From positions 26,476,001 through 26,540,000 of the forward strand of contig NC_087436.1 in assembly GCF_036321535.1 (NCBI RefSeq): DNA of 64,000 nt. Direction: 5' to 3'. The stretch comes from Camelus dromedarius. Lineage: Eukaryota. Every line of letters starts with the position of its first letter. The first letter of the stretch is position 1. The position numbers and the translations under genes are program-made. Positions 25,126 through 37,903 of the stretch are shown here, piece after piece. The notes under the pieces were generated by a model. The model was not told the DNA's origin. It made no database searches and worked only from the letters and a program-made list of their open reading frames with translations.

Positions 25126-26007
25126 AGTCCACCCCCTGACCTGGATATTCCCATCCCTTCCACCTGCAAAGTACATTCACCCCCTCAAAACCACCTAAAT
25201 CTCATTGAGTCACATTGTCACACTCAGAGTCCATATAGATCTCATGATCTACATTAGGGCTAGAGGTTCATGCTTGAATGCAGTTTCTATTAATCTGAGG
25301 AAATGCCAACTAAAGAGACAAGTTATCTTCCCCTCCAAACAGCCAGTGTATAATGATGACACACAAATAGATAAACTCTATGGACCCTCCCATTTGAAAA
25401 GAGGAGGAATGGGAGACACATAGGAGTCTTTAGTCATTCTATAATCTAGGTTTTGACAGACTTGCTGTTCTGAGTTGGTTAATATTGCTTGACCAGACCC
25501 TGGTTCTGCAACTTGGGAAAGTCTATCCAGTCATTCTGTCCTTGACTTTGCTCTGTGGAAAGGTCTTCCTTTTCTATTCTTCTGTCCAGCCACTTTTAAA
25601 GAGAACATAGACTATACGGCCTTTGAGCTACGTCCACCTTCTCAGCCTGATGTGTGTAATTTAAAGGTGTGATCCCAGTTAACTTTTTGAGTTTTGAACA
25701 ATCTCAGTCCCTTTTATACCAAGCTGCTAGAACTTGCCAACTGCAATATTGTGTACCACAGAATCCATCAAGAGCATTCTTACTAAGATAGGTCTTTCTA
25801 CACAGGTTAGTCAATGTGTAAGCAGAAATGCAATGGACATGGCAGCCTGCTGTGAATCAAAAATCCTAAAGATTCCTAGAATCCTTTTTATCTTTTTGAA
25901 AATGTTCCTTAGGAAATATGTTAATTCTTTCAGAGGCCTGTCAAAGGGTGTCACAGTCAAACACTTGATTTAATCTTTACCCTGTAGTCATTGTATACTT
26001 GGACAAT

Positions 26008-27018
26008 TTTTTTTTTATTGATGTATAGTTGATTTACAATGTTGTGTTAGTTCTGAGTGTACAACAAAGTGATTAAATTACACATATACATATATATTAT
26101 TTTTCAGTTTCTTTTCCATTATAGGTTATTACAAGATATTTAATGTTGTTCCTTGTGCTATACAGTAGGTCCTTGCTGTTTATCTATTTTATATATAGTA
26201 GTATGTATTTGTTAATCTCAAACTTCTAATTAACTCTCCCCCTCACCCCTTTCCCCTTTGGTAACTATATGTCTATGTCTGTGAGTCTGTTTCTGGTTTA
26301 TAAATAAGTTTATTTGTGTCATTTTTTTTTTTTAGATTCCATGTATAAGTGATAATAAATGATATTTGTCTTTTCCTGTCCAACTTACTTCACTTAATAT
26401 GATAACATTTAAGTCCATCCATGTTGCTGCAAATGGCATTATTGAATTCCTTTTTATGGGTGAGTGTGTGTGTGTGTATGTGTGTATAGAAGTTGATATA
26501 TATCTATATCTATATCTATATCTATATCTATATCTATATCTATATCTCATCTTCTTTATCCAGAAAGATAAGTGGACATTTAGATTGTGAATATATTCCC
26601 AGAAGTGGGATTGCTAGATCGTAAGGTAACTCTATTTTTAGTTTTTTAAGGAATCTCCATACTCTTCTCCATAGTGGTTGCAGCAATTTACATTCCTATC
26701 AAGAGTGTAGTAGGGTTCCTTTTTCTCTACACCCTCTCCAGCATTTATTATTTATAGACTTTTTAATGATGGCCATTCTCATTGGTGTGAGGTGATACCT
26801 CTGTAGTTTTTTTTATTCCTCTAATAATTAGCCATGTTGAGCAACATTTCATGTGCCTGTTGGCCATCTGGATGTCTTCTTTGGAGAAATGTCTGTTTAG
26901 GTCTTCTGCCCATTTTTTATTTTATTTTTTTAAGCTATATGAGCTGTTTGTGTATTTTGAAAATTAATCCCTTGTCAGCCTCATCATTTGCAAATATTTT
27001 CTCCCATTCCATAGGTTG
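26008..27018 (-). mobile_element. 5'-truncated LINE-1 inserted in a MaLR internal region
   Basis: Poly-T at about 26007-26016; ORF2 C-terminal peptide MPFAATWMDLNVIILSEVS; imperfect TSD TACTTGGACAAT (25996-26007) / TACTTTGACAAT (27019-27030). Contains TG and (TATATC)n tracts and a ~80-bp internal deletion near 26588 relative to the 9690-10596 copy. Confidence 0.93.
26497..26547. repeat. (TATATC)n microsatellite inside an L1
   Basis: Directly visible. Confidence 0.95.
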
Positions 27019-27329
27019 TACTTTGACAATATCTTTGTGGCTTAAGAACCTGAATATGTTAATTCATATTCTTTTCTAACCTAGCAGATTCTGACCCTTT
27101 TAAAATTTACTCTAAATTCAGCTGATCAGCATTGGACTCGGTATTTTTTTGGCGCATCTCTTTCTTGTAGTAGTAACTCATGCACAATATGTAAGAACTA
27201 CTGACGCTTTCATCATTCTGCCTGGAACTCTCATAACTGAAGGTCTAATTAAACAATTACCTCTTTTGTTGCCTCTGAATTATAAATCGTGTTAACATAG
27301 ATCTTTCCTACTCTTAGCTTACTAGGAAA

Positions 27330-29950
27330 TGGCTGCTATGTCTTCTTTTAGTATTGTTATGGTCTTATCTTTTGCATTAAAATATTTAATCAGTTTGACA
27401 TGTTTTTTAGTGAATGATATGCTATATATCTTCCTATTTATTTCTTTTCAGATGACTCCAGTGGTCAGAACACTATTTCTTGAATAGTCCATTTTTTCTC
27501 CCTTATTTGAGATCACAACAATTAACAGCTCATACCTATTCAGTCTGTTTCTGGACTTTTTCTTGTATTCTATTTGTCTTTCTATGCATACCCTATAATA
27601 AACTGCTTTAATGTTGACACTTAATGATATGCATAATATTAGTTGGTTTATGTATAGTATTTTATTTAATTAATTCTGCCACCTGATAGGACAGTGTTTT
27701 TTCATTTGACAGATGACAAAACCATGGCCTACTTACCAGATTCATTTGGCAAAGGGCAGCACTGCCATTATCTAACCCCTGGGCTGTCTGACTGTAAGAC
27801 TGTGTCATCTTCACCGCCACCGTCGCTGTTATTACTGCTATTATTATTGTTACCTGCACTGTCTCTAGTTGGCTATAACACATGATGAATGAAATTACTG
27901 TTTAGTGTCTAGCAGGGCTAGTGTCCATTCTGAATTAGAATTTTCTTCTTTATACTTGTTTGCTATTTTTCCATGTGAATTTTTAAAACTGGTATTATAA
28001 AAATGAATTCACTTGCATAAAATTGAAGTTATTATAATATCCTAGAACATGATATAATTTTTATTTGTAAGAGCATCATTTGTTTCCTTCAGTAGCTTCT
28101 TAAGTTTTTCTTTGTGTGAATTTTATGTATTTCCTATTTAATATAATTCATAGGTATATTTGATTTTTGTGCTGTTGTAAGTAGGTTCCCTTACATAGTT
28201 AGAAATTCTGAATTATAATTGACTATTTAAGGACCACTGGTTATTTCTATTTATACATTTGATTGCTTGAAATATTATTGATTTATCTTATTGTTTGGGA
28301 TCAATTTCAGTTGATTCTCTTACATTTTACAGACATGCTGTGTTTATCACTTATAAACACATAATTTTATTTCCTTATTTTTTCCTACTTTTCATACTTC
28401 ATGCAATTTACTTACCTTTTAAAATTGCTTTGATTAGAACTCAAGTACAAAGCTTAACTTATTAAGAGGGAAGTTGAGGTTGTGATAGGTCTGTTTTACC
28501 ATCTTAAGAAAATGTTAATTATTCCTTATTTTCTTGAATTTTTATTTTCAAAAACTGACTTCAGTTTGGTCAAATACTTCTTATTACCTATGGAAAAAGT
28601 CTCTGATATTTTTCTAGGAGTATTGATTTGATAAATTATATCAATCAATTTAACAATATTGAAACATCACTGAATTCCTAGAATAAACACTATTAGGCCA
28701 TGTTGCATTTATTTCTTTAAGTAGGTTGCTAAAATCTGCTTATTTGTGATTTTTAGGTCAATATTCATAAGTGATATTTTTGTAATTTTATTTTATTTGT
28801 TGTAAAATTATTGTCATATATTAGTATTAGTGTATACTCAATTTATAATTTGAATTTGGAAGCTCTCTTCTTTTTATGTACTCTGTATATATTTTCATAA
28901 CATTTAGTTATTTGCCTTTTAGAGATTCCTAAAATTATCCTGTAAGCTCTCTGATCCCCTGAGGTTTGATTCAGCTTTTTTCATTTAGTTTTTATGGTAT
29001 TTAATTGTTTTAAGGTAATATTCTCTATAGGTTTCATTAATTGTATAGGCTTTATTTTCTTCCTGGGTCAGTTTTGGGAAATTTATTTTCCTAGAATTTA
29101 TCTGTCCTACACCGGTTTTCAAGCTTATTTGCATATTTTAAAGCAAATCTGTTTTGTTTGATTCTTATAATTTCCTGTTTCTGTGACCGTTTCCCTATTA
29201 TTTCATATTTTATATGTTCCCACTTTTTTTTTCTTGATTAGGTGAGTTAGGAGTTTTTCTGGCTGTTTGATGTTTGTCAAAAAGCAGTCTTTGGCATTGA
29301 TATATTAATTAAAATATTCAGAGTTTCAACTTATTGCTGTATGTTTAGAATGCTTCTGTGTATGTCTGTAATTTCTGCTTTACTAATATTGCTGCTGTGT
29401 TATACTTTACAAAGATATGCATAACTGCTTATCTTCTGTGTAGATTGCAGGCTTTAGCATCCTGAAGAACTCTTTTATCTCATATAGTAGACATCAACCT
29501 GAATCCTACCTTGTTTGATATTAAGGTTACAATCCTACTTTCTTTTTGCTTGCACTTACATAATGCCCATTTTTCAGATTTATGAATCACCTTTTATATA
29601 TTCTATAAAGTATAGGTTTGTGTTTGCTGAGATCCAAAGTCAAGCTATTTTTTATAGATGGGTTAACTCTATTAACCTTCATTGATATTATTACATTATT
29701 GTTATGAAGTTTTGTCCTAATTTTGTCATTTTTCTGTTAACATGTTTTAATCTCTCCTATACAATCTGTTTTCATTGTTCCTGTGTGTAATTCTGATATT
29801 TGAGTATTTGCATTTTTATTCTACTGATAAAATTTTCTAATTAAAATTTTATATATGTTTTTACTTCAAACATATTCTATTAGTTTCTTATTATTAACAA
29901 ATGAAAAATCAGCAAGTCTTCACCATCCTTTTCCATCTTCTCCATTTTCA
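27330..29950 (-). mobile_element. Ancient, highly diverged L1 (L1M-class) ORF2 remnant, interrupted at 27629-27900
   Basis: T-rich antisense L1-like motifs (ttgaatagtccatttt, tctgtttctggact, tgaattcctagaataaac, gggtcagttttggg). Boundaries are approximate. Confidence 0.7.
27629..27900. repeat. Inverted dispersed duplicate, copy A (272 bp)
   Basis: Reverse complement of 49702-49971; by manual alignment 8 substitutions plus a 3-bp and a 1-bp indel. The ORF track shows near-identical peptides (27694-27885 + and 49724-49906 -). Confidence 0.98.
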
Positions 29951-32900
29951 CTTGATAGTATTATCATTATTACTGTGCTTTTGTATAGCTTCTTGTAGAA
30001 ATGGATATTCTGCCTGTGTATTTGGCCTTGCCTTCCATACTTCTCTGAAAAAAAATGTTTAATACAGTTCCTGCTCACTCTTACTCACTGCAGTTACCTA
30101 ATTTTGCATTATTATATGTAGCACAATTGCTAAAAAAGGAAGTAGAATTTTTTTCTTTCTGGGGCAGCCCCTCCCCTTCAGAAAGGATACTTTTGCTGTT
30201 TTTTTCTGGTATCTCAGGCTCTGTACTGCCTACCTCTCTGTATTTAGTGAATTAAATTTGTTTGCTTCTCTCATTCAAAATAGAGTATGCCTGTGTGATT
30301 TCAGAATGAGGAATGGAAAATGATTCTTGCCAGAACTCTCCAATAACTCTTGACAGCAAACAGGGCAAGTTCTTTTATCTTATTATTACTTTATTCTTTT
30401 ATCTTATTATTATCTTGCTATGAAGGATCTGATAAAAAATATATGGCTGGCCAGGGTTGCACAGCTACCACACTGGAGAGCTAGAACTGGAACCAGTGCT
30501 TTTTCTCTGTATCCAAAGAAGTTGTCCTGAAAGGTGTCTCAAGTAAACAAGATTACCTTTCAGCTGTGCGCAGACAAGCTTATGCTCTTTGATTATTCAT
30601 AACAAAGTAAGTATTTGTAACAACAATTACCAATAGTATGATGCCTAGCCATGTTTGAGCTCTAACTCTCTAATACTGACTAAGTTTTTCTTGATGAGTT
30701 AAACTAAAATTTGTGTACATCTCTAGTTTTTTCCCTTTTTTTCATTAGTTTAGGGAAAACCAAAGCTTTGTTTAGTTACATTGCACATATAGTCAATCTC
30801 TTAAACAAGATTTATAATAATGTGTTAATAGTACACCACAGTGTACATAGAATGTGAAATTCTCCCCATTTTGAGCAACTATGATTATCTTCTGGGGTTT
30901 GCTGTAAAAGATGGTACAAGAGAGGAAAGAGGTGTGCTAAAAACTGTGGTGTAGTTGGTGCTTAGGTATAGTGGTGCTTTGGGGTGGTGGGTATACTGAT
31001 AACTTTCTTATGGGTTAGCAAAACAGATCTCATGTGGAAGACACTTAGAGAATGCAGAATTCAGGCAGGCAGGACATCTATAAGAGAAACCAGTTTCCCT
31101 GCTTCGAGGAGCTCATATCTTCACCTTCACAGCTGATAAGTGATAATCTGTTTAGAGGAACAACTCCAAAGCCAAACAGGCCAGGGATGGGGATGTTCTA
31201 TGCTTATGTGCCATATGTCTTTTCATGCGTTTCTGTTTTGACATAACAGAAAAAATTTTAAAATATAAACAGTTTTAACTTTCTCAAAAGTTTTTCTCTT
31301 GGAATGAAATCACACATACGGCAGAATTTTTTTTTTTTTAAGACTTTGGAATAGAGCCATTAACATTTGACTTTGAATCACTGAACAGACTGCATTAAGG
31401 CACCTGAGAATGTACACAATAAATTTTTAGGATGATATTAACAAGGGATTGAATTTTAAGTGGCATTATACATTTAAAGAATCAAAGAAATGGTGCTCCT
31501 TTGTCCACAGGCTGATTAATAACTTTGGGGTTCATATTTTCACATAACTTATTTAATTTGTGTCTAAAATTCATATATTGTCCATTATCCTAAGTTGCAG
31601 ATCACTGACTTAAAATTAGAATGTGACATTTTAAATAACGTCCCAAAAATGTTGTAGTAAGTAAACTAATATGTCTTTATTAGTCCTTGAGAATCAATTT
31701 CAAAAGCTTTTAGATTCTGATGAAAATTATGCAAATTCCAGCATACTATCATCCTTATAGTTTATGTTAATTTGACATTAATGTTAGCTGCCTATCTCAC
31801 TAACAATAATCCATCTGAACTAGCAGGCTGGAATACCAATTACCGAAATGAGTGGAGCTCATCCTTGAAGTTTCTTTTCTCTGTTGCAAGTAGACATATG
31901 TCAGCACATAGGGAATAGCACAGATGTATCAAAGTCTTTCAAGTAACCAGGCATCTTTGTGTAATGGAGCAGGCTGTGGTTGACATACTAAATCTTAAAA
32001 AGAAAGAGAAGTCACTTTGTATTGAGAACAAAAAGAGCTGAAAAAGAAAAATTGATGTGAAGATACTCATATATTTAGAGTCATTATTAAAGAATATTGA
32101 CCAAGTAGGATCTCTATTTTGCAGTGGATTAATATGCATTTTATTGAACTTGTTTGTAAAGGGTTCAGAATCCTACTGAGTTTTTAAGTGAGGGTTTTTT
32201 TCCTCCTGCTTGATTCTGGCAGCTGAGCATGAATTACCTCACTTTGGATTATAATGAAAATAAAAGTATTTAAAAAGGAAAATGACTTTTGCCGTTCAAA
32301 ACACGTTGTTATTTGTTTTCTAAGGAAGAGTCAGCTGGACTCTGAATTTTTATGCATGTCTTTTCTTATAATGATACTATTATTTTTTATGTTAGACAAG
32401 CTGAATGTCTTGGAAACTCCTTGAATAAGTCCCCCAATTTTTCTTCCTCCATGTATTTGGGAAATACTTATACAAATGATGCAAAGAATATGTGCTTAAT
32501 ATCAAATCTGTTTGTAATCATTATGTTACGTATTTTATGACAGTTAAGAGGTCACATAAATGTTATTCATTTGATATATTTACACATTGCATTGAATCAT
32601 TAGCTAAGTTTTAAATTTAAGATAAGGTTTAGTTCTTTTTGTTCCTTCCACAGTGCCTGAGGCAATAAAAATTCAAGTATTTTCTATACTAATGTGCCTC
32701 AATTATATAAGTGGGCAGGGAACAATTAAATACCCATCTCCCCAAAGTGCAGTAACATGTAGACAACTATTCTTACAGCTGTATATAAGGAGCAGATGAT
32801 TACAAAAGAGAGAAGAAAGAGTATAATGGCAATTTAGAGGATACATTTCAAGTATCTGGACTGGAAAATTGATCTTGCTATAATGAAAGGTAAAAAGAAG

Positions 32901-33019
32901 CTACCAGTTAGGAACAGATCTACCTGAGGTGGTAAAAAGTCTCCTGAGATAAGGAGTATTCTTGCCACCACACACATTTTTCTCCCCATTGATTGAATTT
33001 TATAAAGATGCACAGTGAT

Positions 33020-33330
33020 TGTACAAGAATGTGTTTTAATTTTAAACATATTATGAAATATTTTGAATACAGACAATAGAATCATAGAGTGAACATGCAT
33101 GTACATTCCATCTAGCTAAACCACTGCTTACATTTGCCAAATTGCTTGAGGTATTTTTTGTGAAGTATTTTAACATAAGGTCCTACATCATGATAGTTTA
33201 TTCCTAAGTATATCAGTATGCATCACTAGAAGTAAGGACATTTTCTTATATAAAACAATGCCATTTTCACACTAGCAGAATTAATAATGATTCTCTATGT
33301 TATCTAATAGTCCACCCATATTCAAATTTC
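33020..33330 (-). mobile_element. Ancient L1 (L1MC-like) 3'UTR fragment
   Basis: Resembles an antisense L1MC 3' end (aaggacattttcttatataaaacaatgccatt..., catattcaaatttc). Confidence 0.55.
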
Positions 33331-33468
33331 AGAATGGAGATCTTAGTGCCATTGCATTTTGACGTGTACCATGGAAAGTTGTGTTCAACCATCTTTCTCT
33401 ACTTATGAAGAGAGCAAGTCTGTGTTTCTGACAGATGGCCTTGATTGTGCTTTCTTAAAGAGCTAACT

Positions 33469-33725
33469 TGCTGTATCATATACTTGAATGTTACTAAGAG
33501 AGTAGAGCTTAAATGTTCTTACCACAAAAAAGAAATAGTACTTACGTGACATGATAGAGATGTCAGCTAGCTAAGGTGGTAATCATATTGCTATATACCT
33601 ACATCTAGATATGGTGTGTGTGTGTTGGTGTGTGTGTGTACATATGAGTGTGTGTTATATTAACAGTACACCTTAAGCTTACACAGTATTGTATGTCAAT
33701 TGTATATCAGTAAGGCTGGAGGGAA
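33469..33725 (+). mobile_element. Short L1 3'-end fragment
   Basis: L1M-type 3'UTR (ctaagagagtagagcttaaatgttcttaccac...); TSD AAAGAGCTAACT (33457-33468) / AAAGAGCTGACT (33726-33737) at a TT/AAAG endonuclease site. Confidence 0.85.
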
Positions 33726-34819
33726 AAAGAGCTGACTAGTCAGGGAGGGTTGAAAGGCCTTAAGATGAATCCAGTGATGGTATGAATGTACCCGTTCCCT
33801 CAGTAAGAGATGCCAGAAAATAGGCTGTAGCCTCTACTGCCCAGTTCTGGGGCTTCCAACAGCCCCTGGTAATCCATGTTGACATTCATTTCCTCTATAA
33901 ATTTACAAAGTGGCAGAAAATTTTCTCTTTCTGAAGATAAAGCCAAGCTTCCTCTCCATGAGATATTGAGAGATGAAGGACTTGTGACAATGCACTCTTA
34001 ACCACACTTCTGCCTGTAAGTTTCCCTAATATATCTGCTTTGAATATGCATCTTCTATCTTTTGGCATTTACATGACTCTTGCCCAAAAGTTAAATACCA
34101 ATATGAGTAGAGATGGGAGGAAGAATATAGAGGATAACACACCAACTGTTATTGAAGGTATTTCTAGGGATGTATGCCAGTAATGCAGAAATGGAAATGT
34201 TACTGCTATTCCTCCAGATAGGATTAAAGATTAAACAGAGATTCATGGATTTTTTTCCATTTTAAAATTAATTCCAAATGATGATACAAGAAAAGCAGAC
34301 TTTACAAATGCTGAGATAATTTCCATATGTACTAGGTACAATCAAATTGGTACTGAGGTATTATATAACAAAAATAATTGCAAAAGGGATGGATAGGAAT
34401 TAATGTGTAATTGGTTGTCATGGTTCCCTTGAGAAACAAAGAATGTTCTAAGCAAAGTATTTGCCTTTATTCTTCATGAGTAAATGTAAATTTCTTAAAG
34501 AGAAGTTCAGATACAACTTGAATAAACACATTATCCTTTGTTCTTTGTACAAGCTAATGTCCTCCTCCAAGATCCTGACAGGGATGCATGGGGGAGGGAA
34601 AGTATGTGAACTTCAATCTTCTGTGTAGCATTAGTTAAATAGCATCCTTTTCTGGGGAAGAAAGAAGAAAATATTGGAAACTATCCCAAGATTTGTTGGT
34701 TGTCCTATTTGAGTTAAGACCACGCTTGCCCCTTCCTATCTGAGGTGCAATGAGATATGCTTAAGAGGAGCGTTACAGTATATCTGGATTGTTCAGATAT
34801 AATTAGTCCTAGAATCACA

Positions 34820-35610
34820 ATGAAACATTTTCTTATATTGCTCCAATTCTTGCCATCTGGTTATTTAGCACTCACCACCCCTCTCTACCACAAGCACTTT
34901 CATTTTTTCATCTCTTAGGAAGGTTACACTGAATGTTTGGGTCCCTCCCAAATTCACATGTTGAAGCCCAGCTCCCCAGTATGATGGTATCACAAGGTGG
35001 AGCCTTTGAGAAGTAACTAGGATTAGATGAGGTCATGAGGATGGCTCTCATAAATGGAATTATTGCCCTTATGAGAGCAGTGAGAGAGCTTGCTTCCCCT
35101 CTCTGCTCTTGCTCTCCACTGTGTCCTCATATATAATGAGAAATTGGCACTCTCAACCCTAAACAGCATCTTCACCCTCATATCAGGCTTCCAGACTCCA
35201 GAGCTATAAGCAGTAAGTTTCTGCTCTTTATAAGCCAGTATATGCGACTTTTTATAGCAGCCCAAAATGGCTAAGCCAGTCTCTACTATTTATCTTTCCC
35301 CACAGGGAACTGACAACCATGGTATGCTCCTCCCTGGGGGGTTATCCACATCCAATAGTTGGTTGATATGGGGTTTAAAAGTGCAGCCCCCTGTCTCATG
35401 TAAGACAACTCTGTAAGACCATCTGAGTTTCAAGGCTTCCTATGGGATTGACTTGCCCTGGCACTGCATCACAGATCAATTTTTATTTCTGCCCAACCCT
35501 TCCTCTCATCATTAATGTTGTTGTTGCTTGTGAGGGCACTTCCCAATACCTTCCTCTACCCAAATACCCTTTTCAGAATTTGTTTCCTGTGAATATAGAC
35601 TGAAATATCT
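34820..35610 (+). mobile_element. ERVL LTR16-like LTR, interrupted by the MLT1 LTR
   Basis: LTR16-like motifs at 35290-35605 (ggttgatatggggtttaaaag, acaactctg, gggcacttcccaata, cagaatttgtttcctg) and a likely 5' part at about 34820-34915. Confidence 0.55.
34921..35278 (+). mobile_element. MaLR solo LTR (MLT1A/B-like)
   Basis: ctgaatgtttgggtccctcccaaattcacatgttgaagccc ... ttatagcagcccaaaatggctaagcca matches the MLT1A-type LTR layout; about 360 bp. Confidence 0.85.
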
Positions 35611-35809
35611 CACATTAGGTAGAGAGCTAAATGGAGATTATGACACTTTTTCAACTTAATTCATTTGGTGTCAAGTCTAAAATAGAGGTAATAGAAACTC
35701 ACACACACACATACCTATGCACATGTGCACACACATGCATAAACACATATATGCTTTTTCTAAACTCTGAGAGTAAGTAGTGTTTCTAAGTATGGTGAGT
35801 GTTTCATAG

Positions 35810-36240
35810 AAAGCTCAATACCCTCTGTACCATTTCACGCTTTCCTCCTATTGGAAATAGAACCCCTATGTGTTAGCATCGCACATGGCCACACAAATAT
35901 GGTTTACATTTCCCTGCCTCCCATGCAGCTGGATAAAGTCATATGGGTAATTTGTCAAAAAAGGAATATGAACAGAAGTGATGTATGTTGCTAACATGCC
36001 ACATGCTTGACAGGAAATTACTTATTCTTCATTTACTTTCCCTGCCCTTTCTATTACCTGGAAATAGTGATGGATGGGACACACTCAGAAGTTATATAGA
36101 GAGGACATGCATACCACTCTGCCAACCTGGACCACTCATATCAAGCTGGTTACTTGAGAGAATAATACATTTTCATCATATTAAAGCCATTGTATTTTGG
36201 TGGCTCTTTTGGCAGCAAGTTTCCCTGAACTTTTTGCAGT
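35810..36240 (+). mobile_element. Old MaLR LTR (MLT1H-J-like)
   Basis: aatagaacccc...tacatttccctgcctcccatgcagct...gaacagaagtgatgtatg...ttaaagccattgtattttggtggctc. Confidence 0.65.
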
Positions 36241-37749
36241 AGTATAGATTTTTTTTTTTTTTTGAGAAAAAGCTTATGCCCTTTATGCTTTGATAGGTCT
36301 TAATGAATGGAATTCTGCCAAGTATGTACTTTGCATGGATATAATTCCTATATTGAACTAGTGTCTGAAAATAAGACCCTAGAATTTACCAAGTCAATAT
36401 TTTCCAGTTATCCAGAAAAATTTCAGTGTTTCTCTGTAAATCAAACATGTAAAAGAAACAAGGGATTTACTAACATACATGTGCTGACACACACAATTAG
36501 ACAGATCTACAGGATGATGCCACCTTCTGGTTATGCTAACGTGAATGTATATTAAAATATAGTAAAGGAAAATAGGGTAAATTTCCGGGGATCCTTAAAT
36601 AAATGTGAACATTTAATCATATATCCAGCCTAGGAAAGTGCAGTGATTCTGGGATTTAGATGGTAGGAATTTACTTTCTTCATATCTACATGGTATTAAA
36701 TACAATACAAATGTTTCTGGTTCCTGTTTGTTTCAAGTGATCTAGTGGGAATTCTGTAGTAAATAAAATATTAGGTTAGTTTTTTCTAGTGTGATATTAC
36801 TTTTATCTGATTTGAAGTTTCTCATATTATGAGAAATCTATGTCAGTTAGCTCAAATGAGTCAGGGGAGAAGGTGAATAGGGGACAGCAAAGACAACCTT
36901 CATGGCTGGACAAATCCTAGCTAACAGAAATGGGCATGATCCTAAATGATCATCTAATTCACTTAATACTGATGATTTTCCACTTTTTTCTTCTTTTTCC
37001 TCTTGTTAAAAAATAGGACCTTAAGAAAAATATGAGGGAAAGCATTTTATTCCATTCTTGCCTCTATTGCTGAGAAGAATTAGCTTCTACAGGCCAGGCT
37101 TTGTTTCAGATTGAAATCATTTGATGGCTGATTAAGATTTAAGCATAGAGATTTTAAACCAATTGCTGAAATTTACATAACTGAAAGTGCCAAAGATAAA
37201 TTTTAAAACAAGATCTTCCAGACACCGGCACCTTACCTTTCATTTGTTACCACAACATACTGCCTTATAAATATTTGTTGTTTGGATAATTGATTAATTA
37301 TGACCAGTATTAATATTATGTCATGTCAAAATTGAATTAGAGAAAGTACTCCACACTCTTCTCTGCGAAAATTCCAATTATGCTCTTTATTTTTTTTTAT
37401 TGAATTACAATTAACATAAAATACTACATTATTTTTAGGTGTATAACACAGTGAGTTGATATTTATATATACTATAAAATAATCATCATGATAAGCCTAG
37501 TTATCATCTGTCACCTTACGAAGTAATTACAGTATTATTGGCTACATTCCTTATGCTGTACATTACATCCCCATGACTTATTTATTTTATAACTGAAAGT
37601 CTGTGCCTTTTAATCTCTTTCACCCACTTCCTCCAGCCCCCTATTCCTCTCAGGTCTGGCAACCACTAGTTTATTCTCTGTAAATCCATTTCTGTTTTGT
37701 ATTATTTCTTCATTTGTTTTGTGTTTTAGATACCACGGATAAGTGAAGT

Positions 37750-37866
37750 CACATGGTATTCGTCTTTCTCTGCCTTATTTCACTTAGCATAATATCCTCT
37801 GGACCATCCATGTTGTCACAAATGGCAAGATTTGATTCTTTTACATGGATGGCTAAGCAGATTGCC

Positions 37867-37903
<37 letters not shown>

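Larger units (their letters stand above)
25126..27280 (-). mobile_element. MaLR internal region (MLT1-int), split by the L1 at 26008-27018
   Basis: Contiguous with the LTR through the PPT; MLT-int-like sequence on both sides of the L1 TSD. The right boundary is approximate. Confidence 0.65.

Noticed and set aside
26332..26550. ORF with RY repeats fused to an L1 peptide
   Set aside because: A (TATATC)n microsatellite inside a decayed L1 ORF2 C-terminus.
27694..27885. Near-identical small ORF pair (27694-27885 + and 49724-49906 -) as a duplicated micro-gene
   Set aside because: Explained by the 270-bp DNA duplication. The frame runs antisense through a MIR remnant and an indel changes the C-terminus.
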